A stretch of DNA of 64,000 bases from Camelus ferus (Eukaryota): positions 47,308,001 to 47,372,000 of the forward strand of contig NC_045697.1 of NCBI RefSeq assembly GCF_009834535.1. The letters are read 5' to 3'. Shown one piece after another: positions 36,365 through 49,200 of this stretch (its first letter is position 1; every line of letters starts with the position of its first letter). The translations under genes and the position numbers were made by a program. The notes beneath the pieces were generated by a model. That model had not been told where the DNA came from, ran no database searches, and was given only the letters and a program-made list of their open reading frames with translations.

Positions 36365-38169
36365 TACTCCCGTCTTATAAACAGAAGGAAATGGTGGATC
36401 AGCTTTGCTAAGTGGTTTGCCCAAAGTTGCACAGCAAGTGGGTGGTATTTGAACTCAGACTACGCCTCTGGAGCTTAGAGTCTTTCAGTTAATACCTAGG
36501 AAGGGGCAGGTCAGGAGGCTGTTTTCCCAGAGGAAAGGAGACAGAACCATCACACTGAGGACGACAAGAGCAGCCCAGGAGAAGCAAGACAACCCCAGTG
36601 TCCCCAGAGGCGTAACCAGAGATAGATTTGTGGAGTTTCCCCACAGGGACTTTCTCTGGGTAGATTATAAGTTCTGGGAAACCTTGGACCTTCCAGAAGT
36701 TTCTGGCTGCACCTAGACCAACCAAATGACACAACCAGCTCCCAGAAGTAAGAGTGAGGAGAAAATCAAGAATGGACAGTTGGTTGCTTGGTGGCCAGGG
36801 AAGGTCTCCATATTGAAATAATTAAAAGTAGACTAAACATTGGAAAGACGTTCCTCTGTCTTGTCAACATTGCTCAAGTCAGCCATAAATTAAAGCAGAG
36901 GGCTTAAGAAGAGAGGAGGTAGAAAGAGGAAGGAAGCTGCTTTTCTCCTTGTCACCAAGTCTTATCTCCAGAAACATATCTGAATAAATTGAAGACATCC
37001 TCCAGTTATTGCTGTCAAATTTAGCCCTCCAGTGACAGAAGGCTAAGGTGTAGGCTGGTACCCAGAAGACGTGAAATGACTGCCAGGTGCCTGAGGTGGC
37101 TGGCCGTGCCTGCTGCACAATCTGGTGCCTCCTTAGAGTCCTGAGGTCCCTGGTGAGACACAGAAAGAGCTGGAAAAGTAGGACCATTCCCAGCTGAATG
37201 TTGCTGTGCATCACCCTCTTCTTAGGAAAGACCCCGCTTTGAGTGTACATCCACGAGATGGGTCTTACACTGGTTCAAAGCCGTGACAGAGAGGTCTCCG
37301 TGGCTCTCACATTACCTGTCTATATCTGGAAAGCAGGCAATACAATGAGCATCTGTGCTGTGGGTTCCATCACAAAGAAGACTTAAACTTGTCTCTAGCT
37401 ATTGCCCACAATGAGATTTCTGAAATCAGAAAGAGAAAAAGAGAGAGTGAGAGAGAGCAAGGGGGAGAGAGAGAAAGAGAGGGAGGAGCTTAACTTTCCA
37501 CTAGATACTGCAGAAATAGGAAACAAGTGGGCATTAAGGGTTGGCTGTTACTATTCAGGCCCGGAGAAGGCTCTCCACAAAGGGTTGGTGACCCACGTAT
37601 CCCAGGCACTCTTTGTTGCATGACTTTCCCATATAATCAAGGCTACATAACTGGGCAGTTCTTGGGAGCTTGTCCTCATCTCTGTGCCAATCTTTATGTC
37701 TTCAAAGCTCCTACCAATGAATTCCTTTAATACCTAGCTCAGAGTTTCCATTCCCAGAGAATCCTTCCCTGACAGGTCTCATCAATCCTTCATTTGAGCT
37801 CTGGGCACCTTTTAATAACCAAACTTCCTTATATTTCATTAAAAAATGTTTTAAAATTAGTAAATCAATTATTGTTAGAATTTTACAAAACACAAATCAG
37901 AAAAAAGAAGAAAATGAATTACCTGTCATCCTACCACCCACAGATGAACAATGAACAGTGACCTCAGCCGTATCTGTTCTCCCAGTTTCTCTGGTTTTCT
38001 GTTTCCCAGTGTTTTGTTAACGTTCTTTTTTCCTACATAGCCAAATATCACATGTGTCTCTTGAACACGTGTATCTACCTATCTATATCTATACATTTTA
38101 ATGGTGCATAGTGGTTCACAGCATTTTTAGCAGCTTCGTTACAGAGCATACCATGTGTTACTACAGTTA

Positions 38170-38400
38170 GTGGTGAGTAGCACTCACAGAGTGCATACTA
38201 TTTGCTGGGTTGTTCTAAGTGCTTACATGCACTGATCCATTTAATCTGTGTACTCCAAGGTGGTTGATTTAATTATTACTATCAAATTTCAAGATAAGGA
38301 AACAGAGGCACAAAGAGTTTAAATACTTTGTCGGTGACTAGTATGTTTAGAGCTAGAATTTGAACCTGAACTGGACTGGCTTTAGGCTCTTAACTTCTGC
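38170..38400 (-). mobile_element. MIR
   Basis: AGATAAGGAAACAGAGGCACAAAGAGTTTAA core. Confidence 0.72.
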
Positions 38401-38541
38401 CCTAAGGACTTGGACAGTCTTTAACTGAGCACCTAATCATCAGCAGTTTCTTCAAATATCTTAGTTGTTAACACTGGAAGTCAGGAACAACAGTGTGAGA
38501 ATCTTGTCTGAGGTCAAAGAGCTGCAGAAATGGGGCAGCCA

Positions 38542-38745
38542 GCTCGATATAAAAATAGCCTTTAAAAAAGTTTCTTCTGTATAGAACAGGAAACTATGTT
38601 CAATATCTTGTAATAACCTTTAACGAAAAAATATGAAAACGAATATATGTGTGTATATGCAGGACTGGGACATTGTACTGTGCACTGGAAATTGACACAT
38701 TGTAATTGACTGTACTGCAATAAAAAATAAATTAATTTAAAAAAA
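38542..38745 (+). mobile_element. 5'-truncated L1 3' end
   Basis: L1 3'UTR with AATAAA and an A-rich tail; degenerate TSD AGAAATG..GCAG.CA on both sides. Confidence 0.8.
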
Positions 38746-38774
38746 GAAATGCAGCAGACAGGTGGCCCAAACCC

Positions 38775-38848
38775 ATCCACCACCGCCACTACCACCAACA
38801 TCACCACTATTACTATCACTACCACCACCACCCCCATCACTACCACCA
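38775..38848 (+). repeat. Imperfect (CCA/ACT)n trinucleotide tract
   Basis: Accounts for the Val-rich start of ORF 38562..38846. Confidence 0.85.
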
Positions 38849-40642
38849 GGCTATCTTTGCTAATTAGCTAGGTATCCATCTTTACTTTCTCTTCCACATT
38901 CTGCAGAATAAGTCTTGGAAGTCAGAAAATGAGTAGCTTTATAATCCCAGCACCCAGCACAGTTCCTGGGCCATGGTGACCATGCAATAAGTCCTTGAAG
39001 GAATAAGGGCTCAAGGAGTTGATTTGACTGACAGCAACCAAGGAAGACATGAAGAGATCAGTCAACACCTGTTTAAACAGCGTGCAATACGTGATCTAAG
39101 TTTGTCTTGTGCACTTGGCTCTCTAACACAAAACAACACAAAAAGTTTAAATTTTCCACGTTGAAAATCTCTAAACTCCATGGAGTTCATGTGGCCAGGG
39201 GCACCTGTATAGGCCAGTGACGCCCAGGCTGCAGTTCTCCAAGTGGAGGTGTGAATTTGGCTCCTGCTCACTCGCTCCCCACCGGGACCTCTGCTCTCCC
39301 CACTCCCCCGCTACTGTGGCCTGCTCACGTGTGTAGGAGCCAATTTGATCTCAGTGTCCTTTGTCAAAGTTCTCATTTGCCTGGTGGTTGACAGTGTAGC
39401 AGTTGTTACTTCGGGGCAGGCTCAGAGCTCTGCGAGTCACCCTGGGCAATTATTTATCGCCACATCAGTTCCACGAAGCTGGTGCCAGAAGAGGACTCGG
39501 GTAGGTTTCACTGGCCCATTTTCTCTGTGCAGAGCTGGGTTTTAAAACTCGTACAGCTGAATGGGCTGTTTTGGTGTCTTGGATTAGAGGGTTTGGGATT
39601 TCTTTTCTATTCTTTATTGCAGCAGCCATTCGATGCTACCTCTCCTTTGTAATTCACCTCCTCACTTGAAATTCTCCTTCCTTCCACTTTTGACTTTACA
39701 AAATCCATAGAAACAGGCAAACTCTAGTCTCAGAGCAGGGCTGACCCTCTGGTAGACGGAACCGGCAGAAAGCTGAGCTTGCTGACACTAGCAGAAACGC
39801 AGCACTAGTAACAGAGTTCATGCACAAAGCAACTAACACTTGCTTTACTTCCACAGTCCCACGGGAGACGCCCAGAAAGTGGGTGGGAAAGATCTGAATC
39901 TGTCAGTTTGCCGGGGTGGGTTTGAAAAGAAATCTAGGGTGATTTCCGTGGGTTGTAAAATACAAGGTTTCATGAGCAGGGAATTGCCAAGAGGTCGCTT
40001 TTATCTCCTTTCCTAATTACAAACTAGGAGAGTTCACTTTACAACATCCAAAAATCCCCCAAGTGAATCAAGCAAAAGCAATTGTAGGTCTTCCAAACAG
40101 AGCCAGAGGATAGCAGTCAACGCTCATTGAACACTTAAGGTGGGGCAAACCCTGTGCTGAGTGTTTTACTTAAACTGACTAATTGAAAACTCAATAACTC
40201 ACCCATCTGTATCTGAACCACTAAATGCTAGTGCCGTCCTGGCTTTACAGATAAGGAACTGAGGCACAGAAAGGTTAAGTAAATCGACTGCTCACCTGTC
40301 ACACAATTCAAGTGATGGCCAGGAAATAAGTCTGGACAAACTTACATATTTGACTCCCAGCATCAGAGAACACATTTGACAAGATAACACTGATTTCAGT
40401 GTTTTCCTTGAAGACGTCCAAGGCCAGTCTTAGAGTTACTATCCCTCTGCAGTGGGATAATTTATTCTACAAATGCTTACTGAACACCTACTCTCTTCCA
40501 TTTGCTGGGCAGGGCTATGCCAATGCAATTACTAGTAACTACTTCTGATTGAATTAAATTCTTCACGTGATTTATTTCATTTAATCCTCACAACTTTCAG
40601 GTAGGGGCTGTTATTAGCAGGTAAAGAATTGATGTTGTAAGG

Positions 40643-40739
40643 TACGCAGAAGTAGGAATATAACACTGTACCCATGAAATTTATATAATGTCATAAATCA
40701 ATGTTACCTCAATTTAAAAAATTAAATTGAATTTTTAAA
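40643..40739 (+). mobile_element. Very short L1 tail inserted in a MIR
   Basis: ...AATCAATGTTACCTCAATTTAAAAAA; TSD AAAGAATTGATGTTGTAAGG / AAAGAATTGAGGTGTAAGG. Confidence 0.75.
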
Positions 40740-40978
40740 AAAGAATTGAGGTGTAAGGAAGTTAAGTAGTTGTCAAATGCTGACTGCCAGAAACACTGCT
40801 ACAATGAGCAGAGGACCAGGATTTGGATGCAGTTTGATCTGGCCTCCAAACCAATGCTTTAGAGACAAAGTAAAACTGTAGAAATTGGAGGTTATCAATA
40901 TGACATGAAATTAGGGAGATGGAAAAAGGAGAGGATACACAGAAGTAAAGGTTGGATTATACTATTTAAACATTTCCC

Positions 40979-41112
40979 CTATAATGAAAAAGAATATGAA
41001 GGGGAGTATATGTACGTATATGTGTGACTGAGACATTATGCTGTCTGCCAGGAATAGACACGACATTGTAACTGACTATATTTCAACTAAAAAAAATTAA
41101 AAATTAAAAAAA
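40979..41112 (+). mobile_element. Short L1 3' tail
   Basis: ATAATGAAAAAGAATATGAA...ACATTGTAACTGACTATA + A tail; TSD TAAACAT(T/C)TCCC. Confidence 0.8.
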
Positions 41113-41717
41113 TAAACATCTCCCTCAACACACCCTTACAAATAGGCTAGAGACACCCCTATTCAATGTCTGCATTTGTCATTTTTTTTTGTAGCGCCGT
41201 GTAAATAGACCAAATATCCTCCCACTCCAGAATGAGGTGTACAAATCTCCGTCCTTCTGCAGTTCACCAATCACAGAGCCCAGGACTCTTTCCAGTTTGC
41301 TAGTTTTCTCCTCTTCACAGTCGTTCATGGACCAAACAGTGCATAACGAGGTGACTTGAATGTACTCACTTAGCCGGCTGATCCCTGGAAGAGTTAACAT
41401 ACATTTCATGTAAATGCAGATGGTCCTGGGAATTGTGAGAAACAAGAGGATTAAATTAAATGATCCATATGTTCCATTAAGAAGGGTTTTACAGCAACAG
41501 TAAGATGCCTGGACCATAACATTCTACAGACAATGAAGATGTTCCCGAATAATTCATATTTGGCCCAGTTATTCTGAAGCAATTAAAATAAATAGGTTTT
41601 GCCTTTGGGACACGGAACCACAGGGTCCAATTTGAACTCGACCTGCCACCTTGTGGAAATTAGAGGCAAGAAAAAACATGGCATTTGAATAATACATTGT
41701 AATAGTAATATGATCTG

Positions 41718-42095
41718 GGCTAACATTTATTGAGGGCTTACCATACGCTAGGCACTATGTTAAACAACTTTTATTTTTTAATTTTTGTAAAAGAAATTGT
41801 ATTTATTCATTTATTTATTTATTTTTAATGACAGTTCTGGGGGATTGAACCTAGGACCTTGTGCATGCTAAGCATGTGCTCTACCACTGAGCTACACCAC
41901 CCCAACTCCATGCTAAACATCTTTTAAATGTTTTCTCATTTAATTATAAAAATAATTTTATGAGGTAGGAACTACCATTGTCCCCATTTTAAGGGTGAGG
42001 GGTCTGTGGCTTAGCAAGGTAAAGTAATTTGCCAAAAGTCACAGATCTGGGCAGCATGACGCCAGGGCCCGTGGCCTAAACCACGCACTGCCCTG
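41718..42095 (-). mobile_element. MIR interrupted by a SINE
   Basis: GCTAACATTTATTGAG...CCCCATTTT...GGTAAAGTAATTTGCCAAAAGTCACA. Confidence 0.75.
41774..41909 (-). mobile_element. tRNA-derived SINE (vic-1 type) inserted in a MIR
   Basis: Reverse-complement SINE body; 17-bp TSD ATGTTAAACAACTTTTA (41757-41773) / ATGCTAAACATCTTTTA (41910-41926). Confidence 0.85.
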
Positions 42096-42929
42096 TACCA
42101 GATAGTATTTAAATAGATCTCCCCTCTCATCCTCATATAGTATTTAAATATTTAAATAAATATTACAATCCTTTGGAAGGGTCACTAAGGGTGAGATAAC
42201 CACGTTCCATCAGAATCATCAGCAAAATACTTTCAGCATCTCTCAGCAGGCCCGGTGCCCACAAGGCAAGAAGGAAGAGAGCAGAAGGGTTGGAGGAGGA
42301 AGCTTTCCTTGGAGTCTTTCATTGTCTCAGTTCCCTTCTCTTTGCAGCATTCTGTCCAGTGATCGCCACTCCCTTCACGTCCTTATCTTCCTTCATCCTC
42401 ATTCATGCACAGATACCGTCTGACCTGGATCCTACACCTTGGTTTCCCGTTGTGTAAACTTGGGCTAGTAACCTAACCTTCCTGAGCTTCACTTTCCTCA
42501 TTTGTTAAGTGAGGATAATAGTGACACGTGCAATCCTGTGCTGAGAAGAAATGGGATCTAAAATGTCTAGCACGGTATTCAGCAAGTGGGAAGTCCTTGA
42601 TTCGTATACACAACAAAATTTGATTATTTTAATATCAATGCCACAGTTCTACACCACAGGTGAATGACATTTAGTACTTTTCATGGTAGCTCGCATGATT
42701 ATTTCCTGTGCTCCTGACATCAATCTGGTACGAATAGCAGGAAAGATCTTCTCCCCTGCTTTACAAATCACTGTCATTGCAATTTGTCGTGTTCCTACTA
42801 TGAACAGGGAACTGGGCTAAGAAGTGAGAAATATATAACATTTACACTGACATTCACAGTGGTTGAGTGGCTGGCCTTTATTTTTTTGTGTGACAGAGAA
42901 CACAGTGATTCCCTGGGAAAGCAAGAGGA

Positions 42930-43690
42930 TGAGATAACAGAAAAATATGTTGGTCTCTGCCTCTCGTTCCTGGCACTGAGCTCTTAGAACTCTTATGATT
43001 TCCTAAGTGATAAGAGCACTGGGAGCATCTTTGATTTTAATATTTGACCTTTGCTAATGAGGTAACTCTATGTGGCTCCTGGATGAGGGCTGGCCCTCGG
43101 TAAGATCAAGCCATGATTAGATGTTTGGAATTTTCAGCCCTGCCCCCTATTTTCTTGAGAAGGGAGAAGGGCTGAAAATGGAGTTAATGGTTGACCAAGC
43201 CGATGTGATGAAGCCTCTAAAAAAGCCCAATACTATAGGGTTTGGGGAGCTTCTGGGTTGGTGAACACATGAGCTATGGGGAGTGGTGCACCTGGATGGG
43301 ATGTGGACACTCCGTGCCTCTTGCCACACACCTTGGTCTACGCATCTCTTCCATCTAGAGGTTCATCTGTATCCTTTATTATATCCTTTTATAATAAACT
43401 GGCAAACCTAAGTAAATGTTTCCCTGAATTCTGTGACCACTCTAACAAATTAATCAAACCCAAGGTGGAGGTCGATGGACCCTCCAATCTACAGCTAGTC
43501 AGTTAGAAGCGCAGATGACAACCTGAACGTGATTGGCATCTGGACAGGGGGCAGGTAGCCTTGCAGGACTGAGCCCTTCACTGTGGGTTAGTTATCTGCT
43601 ATCTCCAGGCAGATAGTGTCAGAACTGAGTTGTTATAGGCTGTCTGGCTGGGGTCAGAGCATCGTTTGGTGTGGAACCCACTCCCCACCT
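42930..43690 (+). mobile_element. MER21-like ERVL LTR
   Basis: GGGGAGCTTCTGGGTTGGTGAACAC, ATAATAAACTGG...AAATGTTTCCCTGA, GGACTGAGCCCTT, GATAGTGTCAGAA motifs. Confidence 0.8.
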
Positions 43691-44164
43691 CAGCCCCTGC
43701 CCAACAGTGATAACTGGTGATCAGAGCCCATTAAAGATAACAACCCAAGTTCTTCCTAGTTTGGTGTTTTGTCTGTTACACCCTGCCCCTTACTGACTGG
43801 AGATGAAGGCTACTTCTACGGCCGTAGTGGGGCACCGTCACTCCAAAGCAGCACAAGGGGTAAAACTGTGATAAAATATGATAAAATCATGTTTCCCCAC
43901 TTCCTTCAGAGCAATTTTGTGGCCTCCTAGAAATTATATTTATGAATTTATGACTTACACAATGGCATGACAGGGAGCAGTCAAAATCAATCAAATGCAT
44001 GTCATGCAATGCTACAGACAAGTGTCTTTTATGTGCCAAGCATGTTCTGAACACTAGGGATACAGCAGTGAATGCAGCAGACAAAAATCCCTGCATTCAA
44101 ATAGCTAAGTTCCAGGGTTGAAAAGAACGGTGGCCTTGGAGGGGGGATAAATTCTAAGGCAATA

Positions 44165-44390
44165 ATGGTGGTTAAGAGCCTGGACACTGGGAGTTAGGCT
44201 GTTTGGATGTAAATCTTGGCTCTTCTAATGGGCAAATTACTTAATTATTTCTCTAAGCTTCCATTCCTGTATCTGTGAGTTAGTGCCTACATTGGAAAGT
44301 TCCTTGAGGATTAATGATTTAGCACACACTACACTGTGTAACACAGTGCCTGGTGCATCGTAAGCACCCAGGAAATATTAGCTGTGATTT
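44165..44390 (+). mobile_element. MIR
   Basis: GTGGTTAAGAGC...GGGCAAATTACTTAA...ACAGTGCCTGG. Confidence 0.75.
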
Positions 44391-44399
44391 ACTGCTTGG

Positions 44400-44912
44400 T
44401 GGGACACCTATTTACCAAATCACTTAAGCCAGAATTGTGGGGGCAAACGTGACACCTGACTACCTTGATTATCATGTTCTATCAGTTTTATCCCCTAAAT
44501 ATTTCTTAAGCCAGAGTGTGTATTTTCTCCTCTTTTCTCCCTGGCCATCCCTTAGCTAGGCTGACACTTCCAGTATTGATGGAAGAATGAATTTGTCAAG
44601 TGGGCTCCCTGCCTTTAGCATTGTTCCCCCATACATTCCTCCTTGATCAGAAAGTGGACCACATAATCTCCCTGATTGAAACCCTCCTGGAATGCTCCTC
44701 CCAGGACTCTCCCTTGGTGGTAAACTCTTGAGCAGGCTATATGAGGCTGTCATAATCCAGCCCTGCCTGTCACCGCTCCCCTCCTCTTGCACACTAAGCC
44801 TCCACCATGTGTGTCTCTCCCTAAACAGATTATAAGCTCTTTGGCCAAAGGAAAGGGTCTTAGTTCCTAGCATCTCCAACACTTAGCACAGGGCGTGGCA
44901 CGTGGTAGGTCT
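44400..44912 (+). mobile_element. L2 fragment
   Basis: Ends AGATTATAAGCTC...AGCACAGGGCGTGGCACGTGGTAGG. Confidence 0.65.
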
Positions 44913-45682
44913 GCAGAAGAAGGGTTGCAGTGCTGTCCTGATCATGTTAATGTTTGGTAACAATAAATGATAACACGATACTTGAACACTTGCCATATCC
45001 AGGCACCATCTTACTTAATCTTTAAAAACCCTATGGGAAAGTTAAGTGCTATAATTTTCATTCTTTTACAGATGAGAAAACTTGGGTTTAACTGGGTTTT
45101 GTAGTTGCCAGCACCACAGACTGGTAAGTGGTAGGGCAGGGCGACAAAGCCTGGTAGGTGGATTCTAAACCCCTTATGCACTTTGGGAATTTCACAACAA
45201 GACATAACTTCTGCATCTTTCTGAAAGGTCTCAGAGGTGCTCACCAGTGGAATCCACTGATTAAAAGTTCTGGACTCGCACATCACTGTTTCTGTTTCTC
45301 ACACGTCTATCATTTTTCTATTGTAGTTCAGACTAAATCCAACTAGAATTTTCTACCCTATCTATTTCCTTTTTGTCTAGATATTTCATATTAGGTCCCT
45401 TTCAAAGATAACATGGCAGTTTTTTTTTGAAATATGCAGTTTTGCAAAGTTTTTTTAGAGGAAAAGGATACCTTGGAAACTTGATTGTTAACACCCATTC
45501 TGGGGAAGCAGTATTTGGCACAGAACAACCACAATTCACGCTTGCCGCCCAGACAGGCAGTAGTAGGTGTATTAATTGTTCAGCAGATGTCTTCTGAGGG
45601 CTGAAATAACTTATCATGGGTTGCCACTCCTCTAGTTTAGTCGAACTAGAAAGGGGAGGCCAGGATTACATACATCTTCATT

Positions 45683-45688
45683 TTTATT
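45683..45688 (-). terminator. Candidate distal ANXA3 poly(A) signal AATAAA
   Basis: First canonical AATAAA I found downstream of the stop, ~475 nt after it. Confidence 0.45.
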
Positions 45689-45873
45689 TGTTTTTTAAGG
45701 ATGAATGTGATTAATAAGATAATAGATAAACTGAAGCAGCAACAGCTTTTATAACAAAATATGTTTTAAAATACTATTAGTCGTTGGTGGCAGGTACCAA
45801 ACAATGCTGGTATATGCTAAACACAGAGAGATTACCTTTGACAAAGACACAACTTGTATTACGTGGTTCTGCA

Positions 45874-45879
45874 TTTAAT
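45874..45879 (-). terminator. Candidate proximal ANXA3 poly(A) signal ATTAAA
   Basis: ATTAAA ~285 nt after the stop codon, followed ~20-35 nt later by GU-rich GTTGTGTCTTTGTC (45853-45840). Confidence 0.55.
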
Positions 45880-46161
45880 ATTTTAGAACAGTACAAAGAT
45901 TCTCACTTTCAAAGCAGAAATATAATTTGGATGGGATTAACAAATCCTCAATACTATTAAAAGATTTCATTTAGAAACTGCTACACCATGATGAGATTCC
46001 ACAATAATCACTTTTTGTTGCCGTTATTATGGAATAATGAAATTTTCTATTAGGAAAACAGGTTGCTGTTGACACCTGCTTGTCAACGCTGCGAGACAGG
46101 CGTAAGCAGAGTAGCAGGAAAAGCCTGTCGTGGAAGCAGCCTTCAGAGAAGATGTTCTGAC

Positions 46162-46221
46162 TCAGTCTTCTCCTCCACAGAGCTTTAAGAGCGTGTTTCC
46201 GTAGTATCCAGAGGTATCGGA
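46162..46221 (-). CDS. ANXA3: ANXA3 exon 13, coding part (60 bp including TGA)
   Basis: ttgcag|TCCGATACC...GAAGACTGA; encodes [19 protein letters not shown]. Confidence 0.95.
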   Translation of the reverse strand, partial: SDTSGYYGNTLLKLCGGED

Positions 46222-49200
46222 CTGCAAGGAACAGAATCGATGGAAAGAACAGACACGGCATAAACAATGAGGGGACCACAAATGAATCAAATCCCACAGA
46301 ATCAGGGGATTCACTGGCGTGTGAAACTCACGACCTGTACCAGTTAGTGAAATGCATCTGTAATTCCATCATCCATTCATACCTGAGTGTTATCATGTTC
46401 CAGCCTAGCATCTTCTTTACAATATATAATGTTTAAATTCTTCCTGATATATTGCAATTATATTTCAATTTGGATTTAAAAAAAAATGAGTGCATCAACT
46501 ACATAATATTACATAATCTTAATTTTCTAACAAAACTTTAAAAAATTATAGTATTTAAAAAAATTATATAGGTATTTATCAAACCTTTGCTCTTCTAAGG
46601 GTTAACTACTTTAATCCTTATAGTAACTCTGTGCAGTAGGTAGCATACATATCTCCACTTACCAAAGTAAAATGAGGAAAACAGAGGTTAGGAAATTTGC
46701 CCCAAATTATATGGAGAATAAGTGCAGAGGCAGGATGTGGACGCAGTTAACCTGGCCCCTTAACACCATACGGCACTTTCTGACTTAAGTGAAATGAACT
46801 ACACCCCAAAGAGTATGTCTCCCCGTCCCTCTCCCTAGGCTAGCCAAAAAAAAAAAAAAAAAAAAACCAACTTGGGTCAGAAAGATACCTTGTGGGACTG
46901 AGGGTGAGAGTGCAAGACGACATGCTTGTTATGCAAAAGAGGTAAAACTTTTTGCATGGCCTCAGAGGTAAAACTTGGCTTTTAACCCAGATTGCCTAAA
47001 ACCCTCACATTATTCTCATTTGATTCCAGGCAACTCAAACAATGAGCACGTCTCATCACAAATTTCACACTGCAGTAATGTGGAGGAAACGAAGGGGAAG
47101 AGGTTGAGCAATACGCTCATAATGAGCCACAACAGGCATTCGTATGCATTCTTCTGTTTTATGTAGATTTTAGTTCTTCCCTATTGGTTTTCCTAACTCC
47201 TGCTTTGCTGTGTGTAATAATCTCTTGAACTGTTGACGAGTCAACAATGCTCTAGCTTTGTATTAAAACACCTCCCTGTGGCCATCTCTGATCAAAGCTG
47301 TAAACGATTATTAGGGGGTCTATCAGTTCGGAAAATAGACTCAAATAGCTTGTCACAGAACTAAGTGTAAAATTCCGTTCCACTGTAGACAATAAACAAA
47401 CGCTCATCCTCTTTTCCGACCTTTATACCCTTATGTCTTCTCGTAAAATAGCTCTTCTATTTATAAGGCATTTTGGAGACTTTGTTATCACAGAAAGTTA
47501 ATGTATTTTCAAAACCTTTGAACATAATTTATACCTTCCTAATTAGGCCATATTAATTGTTAAGAAACGAACGAAATGTTTCTGCTGCCTGTTTCTAATA
47601 GCAGTCCCTGTGGTTCTCCTCACTTTGATCCCATCTTAATCTGTCCTGCCACTTACTTCTTTGCAGTTGTTTTAAGTTATTCCTATTTCCATTCTGACCA
47701 CAGCAAATATGCTCTAGCCTCTCATTTCTTGTCACTAGTTCCTTTGACTCTAGATTCATCCATGTTTATTCTCCAAGGTGTTAAGTCTTACGGTTTGGGA
47801 AATCAGATCTAATGACCACCATGTCCAACAGGCAAGTAGCCCTTACTTTTCCTGTAAGTGGTCTTGCCTTTTCCTCTTTCCTCTCTGCCATCTTGACTTT
47901 CATCTGCTTTGCAGGCTCATCCCCTGTGGTCCAGCCATTCACTGCTAGTAATGATTAAATCTCAGTTCCAAGTTTTCTTCTCTTTTCAATCTATATTGAG
48001 ATTCAAGATCCACTTCCCTAAGAAATGATCCCAATCTAATCCCAAATGTCCTTGACTCTCAATTCCTATATTACTGTCCTCTGTATACCCTACAGTCTAG
48101 TATTTAATTATATGTTGTTTCACATTATTATCTTCTAATTGTTTTATTTATGCCCACCTCAAGTCTTCATATAGTTATGAATTAATTAAGGGTAGCTACT
48201 ATATTTTCCTTTAAGGATCCTAGAATTATGCTATTATTAAACAGGTACTTAATTTATTGATCAGGGAAATCTACCAAAAACTGTAATTGCATCAAGTTTT
48301 TATTAATAAGTTATTATTAAATAATAAAAGATGTACATTTGCTTTTCACCCACTTTCTTCCTCTCCCCCTCTCTTCTAATTATCCAAGAAAGATGTTAAT
48401 GAGCAGAGAAATGTCTAAACTATAGACGGAATGGAGAGGAAGGCAGAAACAAAGGCTGGGACGATATACAAAATGGAACTCTAGCTCCTGAGTTGCAGAA
48501 ATTCAACCATCGAGAAACTTCTATTCATCAGTACTGAAAACGTAATGAGATTACTTAATAATGTATGTTAGGTGACAGAAATGAAGAACCCTTAGATAAT
48601 TTTAAATTACACACTGAACTCTTCAGCAATGGATTTTTCCTTTCTATCAAGATACGCATAGTTTAAATGTTTCCTAATACAATAAGCCTCAATTACCCAG
48701 ACCCTCGGGGGAGGGAAAGCTACTGGTTAATTTAATTTTCTGGTTTGCTGAGGGTGAACCGAAGGCCCTTTTCGTATTTCAACTTTGTTACTGGCAATCC
48801 TTATAAAATGTATCAGTCTACTTTTCTGCCTGAGTAAGTACAATACAGTTAACGTTATTGTATCTTCCTCTGTTGATTGAAACTACTGTAATGTGTCAGG
48901 ATCGATTCAAATTGCATTGAATGGGAGCAGGTTGATGAAATCTGTGCTAAGACCCAGGCACAGCCTGAGAGTTGCCTTTTTCTATTTCAACTTGGGCATG
49001 CATCTTTTTCTGCCAAGGTTTAGAGCAAAAAACCAAAAGCTCTGGTTAAAAACAAAAAGGGATTTTGGTGAATGAATCTAGTTGACTAACTGAGGCACAA
49101 TGGAACTTGACTGGCAATCTTTACCAAAATTACAAATGTATTTATATCTGTCTCAGCAATCTCACCTGTGCATGAATATTTATCCCTCAGATACACTGGT

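Noticed and set aside
38562..38846. Val-rich 'transmembrane' ORF
   Set aside because: It is the translation of a (CCA)n tract plus an antisense L1 tail.
41179..41517. 112-aa minus-strand ORF downstream of ANXA3, considered as an alternative last exon
   Set aside because: No annexin or other recognisable similarity; the true terminal exon is at 46162-46221.
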